From NCBI GenBank assembly GCA_963666485.2, contig CAXXUO010000009.1:416001-480000 (forward strand): a DNA stretch of 64,000 nt, given 5' to 3'. Positions 23,252-32,035 of this stretch are shown here, in pieces. The stretch comes from Syntrophorhabdaceae bacterium (GTDB lineage Bacteria > Desulfobacterota > Syntrophorhabdia > Syntrophorhabdales > Syntrophorhabdaceae). The position numbers and the translations under genes are program-made. The notes under the pieces were generated by a model. That model was not told the origin of the DNA, searched no databases, and was given only the letters and a program-made list of their open reading frames with translations. Position 1 is the first letter of the stretch, and every line of letters begins with the position of its first letter.

Positions 23252-26200
23252 ATGAAAGATCCATCCAACAGATCACACCAGGAACTGATCGAAGAAGTCC
23301 TCGCATTGGAGCGGAGGATTGACGAGCTCGAGCAGGCAGGATCGGGGCTCAGGGCCGCAGAAACAGCATTGCGGGAAAGCGAGGAAAAATACCGCCGCCT
23401 CGTTGAAAACGCCTCCGAAGCCATTTTCGTCGCCCAGGGGGACAGACTGGTTTTTGCGAACAAGGCCACAACACAATTCACGGGATACGCGGCGCCCGAA
23501 CTTATGTCGCGGCCTTTCATTGAATTTATCCACCATGATGACCGCAATATGGTCATGGAACGTTACATTCGCAGGCAAAAAGGTGAAGAAGTTCCCGCGA
23601 CGTACACTTTTCGGGTGGTTCATAAAGACGGTCAGATCGTGTGGGGAGAATTAACCGGCATAGTTATCGACTGGGAAGGCAAGCCGGCGACGCTTAATTT
23701 CATGATGCCGATCAATGAGCGCATGCGCGCCGAAGAGGCGTTGCGGGAAAGCGAGGATGCGCAGCGAACTTTATTGGCCAATCTTCCCGCCGGTGTTGTA
23801 ATTATCGATCCCCTTACCAGAACGATCGAGGAAGTGAACAACGCCGGGGCTGAGATGTTTGGAGCTGAAGCCGGGTTTATCATTGGGCATCGCTGCCACG
23901 CATTCCTTTGCCCGGCAAGCGAGGGCGCTTGCCCGGTCTGTGATCTCGGACAGGAAGTGGACCATTCGGAACGACAGATGATCTGCACCAATGGTGACAG
24001 GCGCCCGGTCCTGAAATCTGTTAAACGGATTATCATAAAGGGGCAGGAAAAACTTCTTGAATGCTTTATAGATATCACGGATCGCGCTAAAGCAGACAGG
24101 GAGCTGAAAAGCGCCCACGCACATCTCGGCCGTATCCTTAAATTCAACGAGGCCCTTCTTTCGGCAATCCCCACCCCGGTATTCTACAAAGACAAGGAGG
24201 GGAAATACCTCGGCTGCAACAGGGCATTTACAGAGATAATGGGGGTCACGTCAGAGCAAATAGCGGGAAAGACGGTCATGGAGCTCTGGCCGAGTGAGCA
24301 TGCGGAGATGTACCACAATAAGGACCTGGAATTGATGGAGAAACCCACGCGCCAGGTCTATGAGTTCAAGGTGCACGATAAAGACGGCAAGGAACGTATG
24401 GTCGTTTTTGCGAAGGATGTTTTTCTCAACGAAGCCGGACAGGCAGCAGGAATTGTCGGCGCTTTTCTTGATATCACCAGCCAGAAACTTGCCGAAAAAA
24501 CCGTACGGCTGAACGAATCCCGCCTGGAGGCCCTGCTCAACCTGAACCAGATGGCAGAAGCAACTCTTGCCGAAATTACCTCTTTCGCGCTCGAAGAAGC
24601 TGTTCGGCTCACGAGGAGCAGCATCGGGTACCTCGCCTTTCTCAATGAGGATGAAAGCATTCTGACAATGCATTCGTGGTCCAAAACCGCCATGAGTGAT
24701 TGCGCAATGGAAGAGAAACCGATCCATTACCCTGTCGCAAAAACAGGCTTATGGGGAGAGGCGGTGCGTCAGCGTAAGCCGGTCATTACGAATGATTATA
24801 ATGCCCCCGGCCCATGGAAAAAGGGGTATCCTGACGGCCACGTTCGGGTTACCCGTCACATGAACGTTCCCATATTCATGGAATCAAGGATCGTACTGGT
24901 TGCAGGGGTGGGCAACAAGGAAGACGAGTACAACACGGCTGACGTGCAGCAGTTGACATTATTGATGGAAGGAATGTGGCGGCTCATCGAACGCAAGCGT
25001 TCCGGTGAGGAAATATTTGCAGAACGGGAAAAACTGAAGACGCTCTCCAATAACGCGCCGTTTGGAATGATCCTTGTCGACAAAGAGGGCCGCTTCACCT
25101 ACATGAACGAAAAATTTACCACTCTTTTCGGCTACACGATATCCGATACCCCGGACGGCAGGGCGTGGTTCAGAAAAGCGTATCCGGATACCGCGTACCG
25201 GCATGCTGCGATCGCCACCTGGCTGGAGGATACGGGAGACGCGAATCCGGGCCAGCAGAAACCGAGGATCTTTACCGTCACCTGTAAGGATGGCGCGCAG
25301 AAAATCATCAATTTCATCCCGTCCACCCTTGTTTCCGGCGATTATCTCATAACCTGCGAAGATATTACCGAACTAAAACATCTCGAGAATCAGCTCAGAC
25401 AGGCACAGAAGATAGAAGCTATCGGCACCCTCGCCGGCGGTATTGCCCATGACTTCAACAACATTCTCACCATAATGACAGGATACACCTCGCTTATACA
25501 AAAGGAACTGGACCCCTCACACCCCTTGCGGCCATATGTGGACCATGTAATCTCTGCTTGCAAGAAGGCAGCCGATCTGACCGGGAGCCTCCTGGCGTTC
25601 AGCAGGAAGCAGCCTATAACCCTCGCCCCCCTTAACCTTAACCGCACGATCAAGGAAACGGAGAAGCTCTTGAGACGGCTTCTTACCGATGACATCGAAC
25701 TGCATACATCCTTTACGCAGGACGATACCTTTGTCATGGCCGACAAATCCCAGATCGACCAGATCCTTTTTAATCTTGCCACTAATGCACGGGATGCCAT
25801 GCCAAAAGGCGGAACGCTCTCCATAAAAACCTCTCTCGCCGTTATAGATGACAGATTCATAGCAACGCACGGATTGGGAGAACGGGGAAGGTACATAGAG
25901 ATAAGCGTCTCCGATACGGGAACGGGTATGGATGCGACAACACGGGAAAATATCTTCGACCCCTTCTTTACCACGAAAGAAGTCGGGAAAGGCACCGGGC
26001 TCGGCCTCGCGACGGTCTATGGCATCGTCAAGCAGCATAACGGGTTTATCACGGTGGACAGCGCGCCGGGTCGAGGCGCCACTTTTAACGTCTATCTCCC
26101 CGTGGTACAGATGGCTGTCGATGACACGCAGGATATGGGACCTCCCCTCCAGAGAGGAAAAGAGACGATCCTTATCGCTGAAGACAATGAAGATGTACGG

Positions 26201-26513
26201 AGCTTAATGCGGGATGTGCTTCAACAATACGGTTACGAAACCCTTGAAGCGGCGGACGGTGAAACTGCCATAGAGACATTCCGGCAGCACCGGGATGTGG
26301 ACCTTATAATCATTGACTCGGTGATGCCCAAAAAGAACGGGCGCGAGGTTTACGAGACGATATGCGGCACAAACCCTCAGATTAAAGTGCTTTTTACAAG
26401 CGGATATAATCCTCGACAAGGGGATCGAAGAAAAAGAATTAGACTTTATTGCTAAACCGCTGTTGCTGGATGTTTTTCTCCGGAAGGTCCGCGAAGTGCT
26501 CGACAGAACATAA
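23252..26513 (+). CDS. Multi-PAS/GAF hybrid histidine kinase with receiver domain; frameshift near the C-terminus
   Basis: PAS repeats, GAF, H-box LAGGIAHDFNNIL, FDPFFTTKEVGKGTGLGL, receiver ILIAEDNEDVR; ORF stops at 26455 but the expected tail IILDKG...FIAKP...KVREVLDRT* lies in another frame to 26513. Confidence 0.9.
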
Positions 26514-26574
26514 ACAAGTTTCCCATTCCCCTTTTACATTCGCACGGCGTCGATGACAGGTGCGAGGTTTCATA

Positions 26575-26904
26575 CTAAGCTTCCAACAGCCTTCTTTGAA
26601 GCAAAGTCTGCATATCACGTCTGCCGTCAATTACCAAGAGAACATACACTCTCTTTCCCGCAATGCGATAGATCATGCGATATGGTTTAAAAAATATTTC
26701 CCTGTAGTCGCGAATGCCTAAATTCCGCAACTCGTTCGGATAAGAACCACGTTCGGGGGCAGTCGACAGGCTGCCCAGCGCCTTTTCGATCTTACTCAGC
26801 ACATATGCCGCTTTTTCCGGGGAATCATGCTCGCTTATAAAGCCGATGAGCTCTTCGAGATCGGAGACCGCGGAATTGGTCAGGAACACCTCAAATGATC
26901 TCAT
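26575..26904 (-). CDS. RelE/ParE family toxin
   Basis: AVSDLEELIGFI, PERG, YREIFFKPYRMIYRI, DGRRDMQTLL; 4-nt overlap with the antitoxin. Confidence 0.9.
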   Translation of the reverse strand: MRSFEVFLTNSAVSDLEELIGFISEHDSPEKAAYVLSKIEKALGSLSTAPERGSYPNELRNLGIRDYREIFFKPYRMIYRIAGKRVYVLLVIDGRRDMQTLLQRRLLEA

Positions 26905-27176
26905 GTATTCTTTTGTTTGCCGCGCAGGCGCCTGATAACGTCATCGGCGGCCTCGATCTTCCCGTCGTCAGCCTGTTTATTGCCGAGCGCCAGTATCTTC
27001 AAAAGGGCCATTGTCTCCATTGTCTGCTCATAGCTCTCTATATCTTGTATAATAGCCTTCGCTGTCCCATTTTGAGTGATGATAAGCGGTTCCTTTTGTC
27101 CCCCTATATCCCTGACTATCTCGGATGCATGGGCCTTTAAATAACTGATGGGTTTTATGCGGCTGGACAATTTCAT
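26901..27176 (-). CDS. Phd/YefM family antitoxin
   Basis: MKLSSRIKPISYLKAH...PLIITQNGTAKAII; start at 27176 supported by GAGGT RBS and a promoter just upstream. Confidence 0.9.
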   Translation of the reverse strand: MKLSSRIKPISYLKAHASEIVRDIGGQKEPLIITQNGTAKAIIQDIESYEQTMETMALLKILALGNKQADDGKIEAADDVIRRLRGKQKNT

Positions 27177-27203
27177 AATCACCTCGATGCACGAATATGA
27201 CCG

Positions 27204-27232
27204 ATTATAGTCCAAATACAGGTCAATGTCAA
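27204..27232 (-). promoter_or_regulatory. Consensus sigma70 promoter of the TA operon
   Basis: TTGACA-N17-TATAAT on the minus strand. Confidence 0.85.
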
Positions 27233-27336
27233 TCCAGGCTGCACGGAGAGAGTAAGATAGTGAAAGAAAAAGACTTCTCTCGCCCGCTTCGCTTGAGGAC
27301 ACAGAGAACGCGGGGAACAGCGGAGAAGAAAAGACT

Positions 27337-27374
27337 TGTCGACTGATCGCGGAGCCGACCACGATCAGTCGACA
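27337..27374. repeat. 13-bp perfect inverted repeat in a structured intergenic element
   Basis: TGTCGACTGATCG (27337-27349) / CGATCAGTCGACA (27362-27374). Confidence 0.6.
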
Positions 27375-27790
27375 CTTCCGTCGGCTTCGCCGAGAAAAGA
27401 TGAGCGAACTTGGGCCGGTCTTTTGTTGCACTGCATATGCTTATGTCGATACAAAAGGGAACCTGGTATTTTTACCTCAGTAAGATAGCCGGAGAGTGGA
27501 AGGATGAAAAATAGTCCGCTTCTTTATTACAAAACACGGGAGGATATCAATTCCTACCGGAAAAAACCGGTCAAGGCAAAACTCTGTTGGCTTGAAGCAC
27601 AAATGGAATTCTTCCACAAGGCAATGCCGGAAAAAGCAAAAAAGATACGTAAAAAACTGAATGGTTAGTCCCCTCATCATTCCGGAATATGACATTTTGG
27701 GCTCATGTTCTTATCTTTGAATATGAGATGCATCTTCCCGTTCCCGGAAACGTCTTGTTGAAATTTGCGTCAAACTATCCCGCGCCAAGA

Positions 27791-27823
27791 TGACAAGCAT
27801 ATGTCACCTCGCACTGCTAAAAT
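27791..27823 (+). promoter_or_regulatory. Putative WYL operator plus -10 box upstream of the ADP-ribosylglycohydrolase
   Basis: TGACA-AGCATA-TGTCA-N11-TAAAAT. Confidence 0.72.
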
Positions 27824-27879
27824 TATATAACGGTACAATTTACGGTGCAGAATAATAAAATAAACTGGGAGAATTGTGT

Positions 27880-28647
27880 ATGATCGGTGCAATTGCAGGT
27901 GATATCATCGGCTCGGTGTACGAGTGGCATAACCTCAAAACGATCGATTTCCCTCTCTTTGATCCACTCTGCACTTTCACCGACGACACCGTCCTCACCA
28001 TTGCCATCGCCGACGCGATCCTGTCCGGCACTGATTACGGCCCCAGGCTCAAGGAATGGTATCGTCTGTACCCGGACCGGGGTTACGGTTCCGGCTTTCG
28101 CCGCTGGGCCAGAAGTCACAGTCGTCAGGGCGACAGCATGGGCAACGGCTCTGCCATGCGCGTGAGCCCCGTCGGCTTCGCCTTCAACACGCTGGAAGAC
28201 GTGCTGGAAGAAGCTCGAAAAAGCGCCCTCCCGAGCCACAACCACCCCGAGGGCATCAAGGGCGCGCAATCCGTCGCCTCCGCCATCTTCCTCGCCCGCA
28301 CGGGAACCGGCAAGGAAGATATCAAGAAATACATTCAGGAGACATTCGGCTACAACCTTAACCGTACCCTCGAAGACATCCGCCCCCGCTACCGCTTCGA
28401 CGCCACCTGCCCCGGTTCCGTCCCCGAGGCAATAACCGCATTCCTCGAATCAAACGATTTCGAAGACGCTATTCGCAAAGCGATCTCCCTCGGCGGCGAT
28501 TCCGACACGATCGCATGCATTGCCGGCGGCATCGCCGAGGCGTTTTACGGCATTCCCGACTACATTCGTATCCGGACGCTGGAGGAACTTGACGATACGT
28601 TGCTGAGTACCGTGGACTCCTTCACCAAAGAATACTGTTCTGCATAA
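27880..28647 (+). CDS. ADP-ribosylglycohydrolase (DraG/ARH family)
   Basis: GAIAGDIIGS, FTDDT, GNGSAMRVSP, SHNHP, GGDSDTIACIAG. Confidence 0.93.
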   Translation: MIGAIAGDIIGSVYEWHNLKTIDFPLFDPLCTFTDDTVLTIAIADAILSGTDYGPRLKEWYRLYPDRGYGSGFRRWARSHSRQGDSMGNGSAMRVSPVGFAFNTLEDVLEEARKSALPSHNHPEGIKGAQSVASAIFLARTGTGKEDIKKYIQETFGYNLNRTLEDIRPRYRFDATCPGSVPEAITAFLESNDFEDAIRKAISLGGDSDTIACIAGGIAEAFYGIPDYIRIRTLEELDDTLLSTVDSFTKEYCSA

Positions 28648-28718
28648 AAAAAATCTTTTGCGGTGATGAAAACGTGTCATCATGGGTCCGGTGGCAAACC
28701 CTGCCTCCAAAGAACTCT

Positions 28719-28747
28719 TTGATAATGATATCATTTGGTGATACCAT
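28719..28747 (+). promoter_or_regulatory. hicB promoter with overlapping inverted repeat
   Basis: TTGATA-N17-TACCAT; ATGATATCA/TGATACCAT inverted repeat. Confidence 0.55.
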
Positions 28748-28756
28748 GTTCCCATT

Positions 28757-29089
28757 ATGATGACATATAAAGGATATACCGCAAAAGTCGAATTTGACGA
28801 CGAGGACATGATATTTCACGGCGAGGTGATCGGGATCCGGGATGTTGTCACATTTGAAGGCGACAGCGTGAAGGAGATCGAAAAAGCTTTCCGCGACTCC
28901 GTCGACGACTACCTGAACATGTGCAAAGAAAGGAACGAGGCCCCGGACAAGCCCTTTTCCGGTAAATTCGTTGTGAGACTCTCCCCCGAGATCCACCGGA
29001 AAATACATGCATCAGCCAAAAAAGCAGGCCTCAGCGTCAACGCGTGGCTCAATGTGAAATTACGAAATCTGTTGAACGATCGTTGTTAA
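28757..29089 (+). CDS. hicB: HicB family antitoxin, no adjacent hicA
   Basis: MMTYKGY, FHGEVIGIRDVVTFEG, FRDSVDDYL, KPFSGKFVVRLSPEIH, SVNAW. Confidence 0.9.
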   Translation: MMTYKGYTAKVEFDDEDMIFHGEVIGIRDVVTFEGDSVKEIEKAFRDSVDDYLNMCKERNEAPDKPFSGKFVVRLSPEIHRKIHASAKKAGLSVNAWLNVKLRNLLNDRC

Positions 29090-29158
29090 TTTCGGCTGAC
29101 CCTCTATCCCCGGAATGCACCATGCGGATCGCTGTCGACTTCTCCTGGATCGTATAGA

Positions 29159-29366
29159 TCAGCATTTTGCTATGAATCTCCGAATGGTCTTTTCTATATA
29201 CTCCGTCGGCAGCTGCGCGTCTTCGATCCCCCTGTTGATCTCCTCCGCATAGCCCGTGCGGGGCACACCCTCACCCTCGACCGGGTCCACATACAAGAGA
29301 CATCTCGCAAGAGAGCCGTTCACCTCCACATCCAAGTGTTTCCTATCGTAGGCACCGGCCTTCACC
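29159..29366 (-). pseudogene. 3' remnant of a gamma-glutamylcyclotransferase gene (copy of 38477..38905)
   Basis: YVDPVEGEGVPRxGYAEEINRGIEDAQLPTEYIEKTIRRFI shared with the intact gene; 5' half absent. Confidence 0.85.
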
Positions 29367-29598
29367 GAGAATTAGGTGTTTAGCTTTCTTCATAACACTG
29401 CCTCCTGAGAATTGGATTGTCATCATCTATGACAGAATTATACCACTTCAGCCGTCAGGAGGATCACCTGATATTTTTTGGACGAGATTTCGGCGGGTGA
29501 ATCGATGGTCTGATGCTGAAGAATCATTCTTTATTTTCTTTCTTACTGGTGATACATTCGTTTTACAAGAAGGACAGTACAGGCAAGGAGAAGAAGTT

Positions 29599-30660
29599 AT
29601 GGTGCACAGGATTGCGGTCATTCCCGGCGATGGTATTGGAAAGGAAGTTGTTCCCGAGGGAATTCGGGTTCTCGACGCCGCGGGAGAACGATTTAATATA
29701 AGGTTTCAATGGGAATTCTTTCCCTGGGGATGCGAATATTATTCATTACACGGGAATATGATGCCGTCCGACGGGCTGGCCACACTGAAAAAATTCGAGG
29801 CGATCTATCTTGGCGCCGTCGGTGCACCCGGGGTGCCGGACCATATCTCGCTGTGGGGTTTACTGATCCCCATACGCACAAACTTCCGGCAGTACGTCAA
29901 TTTAAGGCCGGTGAGGCTGCTTGAGGGTCTGCAAAGTCCTCTCAAAAACAAGAGGCCTGGTGATATCGATCTGTGCATCGTGCGTGAAAATAATGAGGGC
30001 GAATATTCCCGGGTCGGCGGGAGGATGTATGAAGGGGCCGACCGGGAAATGGCTATACAAATTTCGATCTTCACGAGGGAAGGTGTTGAAAGGGTGATAC
30101 GGTTCGCTTTTGAACTCGCGAAGAGAAGACCAAAAAAACATCTCACATCTGCCACGAAATCAAACGGGCTCATTCACACCATGCCTTTCTGGGACGAGAT
30201 ATTCCGGGAAATTTCACAGGATTACCCGGAAGTAAGAGCTGACCAGTTCCACATAGATGCGCTGGCCGCCGCCCTCGTCCTCCGCCCTGAGAATTTCGAC
30301 GTCCTCGTGGGAAGCAACCTTTTCGGAGATATCCTCTCAGACCTTGCTCCGGCCCTTGCAGGGGGCCTCGGTATCGCCCCGTCGGCGAATCTCAATCCCG
30401 AGCATGAATTTCCCTCCATGTTTGAGCCCGTTCATGGCTCCGCACCTGATATCGCCGGAAAAGGCACTGCGAATCCCATTGGGCAGATATGGTCCGGTGC
30501 AATGATGCTCGACCATCTCGGTCATAGCGATGCCGCTCAGGCAATAGAAGAAGCCATAGAAAGAGCACTGTTGGAAGAGAAGACCCGGACACCCGATCTT
30601 AACGGAAGCGCATCCACTCAGGAAGTAGGCATAGCAATCAGGGATTATGTCATGAGATAG
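29599..30660 (+). CDS. ttuC: Tartrate dehydrogenase / D-malate dehydrogenase (decarboxylating)
   Basis: IAVIPGDGIGKEV, VPDHISLWGLLIPIR, RENNEGEYS, TSATKSNG, SNLFGDILSDL, FEPVHGSAPDIAG; ATG at 29599 after AAGGAG. Confidence 0.9.
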   Translation: MVHRIAVIPGDGIGKEVVPEGIRVLDAAGERFNIRFQWEFFPWGCEYYSLHGNMMPSDGLATLKKFEAIYLGAVGAPGVPDHISLWGLLIPIRTNFRQYVNLRPVRLLEGLQSPLKNKRPGDIDLCIVRENNEGEYSRVGGRMYEGADREMAIQISIFTREGVERVIRFAFELAKRRPKKHLTSATKSNGLIHTMPFWDEIFREISQDYPEVRADQFHIDALAAALVLRPENFDVLVGSNLFGDILSDLAPALAGGLGIAPSANLNPEHEFPSMFEPVHGSAPDIAGKGTANPIGQIWSGAMMLDHLGHSDAAQAIEEAIERALLEEKTRTPDLNGSASTQEVGIAIRDYVMR

Positions 30661-30734
30661 ACTGGCTTCTCCCGAAAAAAAACGGGACACATCCGGGCCA
30701 AATTCGATTGGAAGAACGACTGGTTCCCGAGGGA

Positions 30735-31730
30735 TCATTCACCAGTTTTATGGCTGGCGACAACCTTCTTATAAAATCTTTCCGCCTTTGCCGGGTTTAT
30801 TCGTTTTAATTCATGATAGGCATTCATGACTTTTTCTTCCCGGCCGGCTATTTTATATACAACTCCCAGGTCGAACCAGGCATCCGCATAATCCGGATCG
30901 AGTTCGACACATTTTTCGTAGCTTGCGGCGGCTTTATTCGTTTCCTGCAAGGTCATATACGCAAACCCCAGGTTAAACCAGGCCTTTTTATCACCCGGGT
31001 AAAGGTCCAATGATTTCCTCAAATACACGATGCCTTTGCCCGTTTCGCCCGCAATTGCATATATCGTTCCCAGGGAATGCCAGGCAGCGGCATTTTTCGG
31101 TTCCACCATCGTCCAAACCTGGCAATACGCTATTATTCCCTGGATATCATTCTGCGCTTCGAGATTAGCCAATTCTGCCCGCCGATCTTCTGAAATGAAG
31201 GAACCACCCTGTTGTCCTTTCTCCACGGCCCGCTTCCCGCCATCGGATGACGTTCCCTTGGGAATTTCCAGGTCTGCAGGTAAACATACCTCGCTTGCCA
31301 GCCGTTCAATAAATGTGTTCGGAGGAATCGGCCTGAATCCAAATCCACCGCGTTTTTTGTTTTTATCCCCGGTACTAACATCATTAAAATTGGCATCCCG
31401 GAAAACAATTTCGACCTGGTTGTATTCCCATTTCCTGCAGTCGATTTTCTCACGGGATTGATAATGCGTGGCCCGCGGTGATCCGGGAAGGCTTTCGGCC
31501 ATAACTACCATCATTTCCGTGGACAAAATATGGCGGGTTTTAACCGAAATTATTCCCTTCCCTTCGTGCACGACGGAAAGCCTGTCATATACCAGCGTTC
31601 CGGTCCTATTTTCTCCCACCTCGACCCATTCCGGGTTCGGAGCTTCCCGGCAGAAACCGAATACAGCCACACATATGCACAGCACAATAGTTCCCACAAT
31701 GATCGCAATTCCTGGATTGAAGCGACTCAT
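30735..31730 (-). CDS. Exported or membrane-anchored protein with C-terminal TPR repeats
   Basis: N-terminal hydrophobic segment; AWHSLG, AWFNLG, AWFDLG repeats. Confidence 0.8.
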   Translation of the reverse strand: MSRFNPGIAIIVGTIVLCICVAVFGFCREAPNPEWVEVGENRTGTLVYDRLSVVHEGKGIISVKTRHILSTEMMVVMAESLPGSPRATHYQSREKIDCRKWEYNQVEIVFRDANFNDVSTGDKNKKRGGFGFRPIPPNTFIERLASEVCLPADLEIPKGTSSDGGKRAVEKGQQGGSFISEDRRAELANLEAQNDIQGIIAYCQVWTMVEPKNAAAWHSLGTIYAIAGETGKGIVYLRKSLDLYPGDKKAWFNLGFAYMTLQETNKAAASYEKCVELDPDYADAWFDLGVVYKIAGREEKVMNAYHELKRINPAKAERFYKKVVASHKTGE

Positions 31731-31833
31731 ATCGGTGTCTCCTTTGCTTTTATATACACCCAGTGCACTGACGAATAGAGATTGGCGGCGGTGATGAAGC
31801 GTAATCGCCGGAGGAACCCCGCAATAACGAAAA

Positions 31834-31866
31834 ATTATATCGCACTAAGGTGACATCATCATGGCA
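31834..31866 (-). promoter_or_regulatory. Putative WYL operator plus consensus -10 box upstream of the TPR gene
   Basis: Minus strand TGCCA-TGATGA-TGTCA-N11-TATAAT. Confidence 0.72.
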
Positions 31867-32035
31867 CTCCCTTGCTTCCGGCACCGGCGAATCAGGACAG
31901 AAACGTGGTCTTGAGCCGGGCCATCCGCCTGGGCCGTTTACAAAACTCTATAGGTGTCATAGGTTTGCATTGAATGCCCGATATGGCTTAGCGGACCATC
32001 AACAACCACAGGCTTAACTTCAAGGAAGGTGGAAA

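Noticed and set aside
27177..27431. N-terminal extension of the Phd antitoxin in the ORF track
   Set aside because: A consensus promoter and RBS lie inside it; the real start is 27176.
29406..29434. TGTCA/TGACA half-sites upstream of ttuC
   Set aside because: Wrong order and spacing (N7).
29497..29598. Longer start for tartrate dehydrogenase
   Set aside because: Family similarity and the RBS point to the ATG at 29599.
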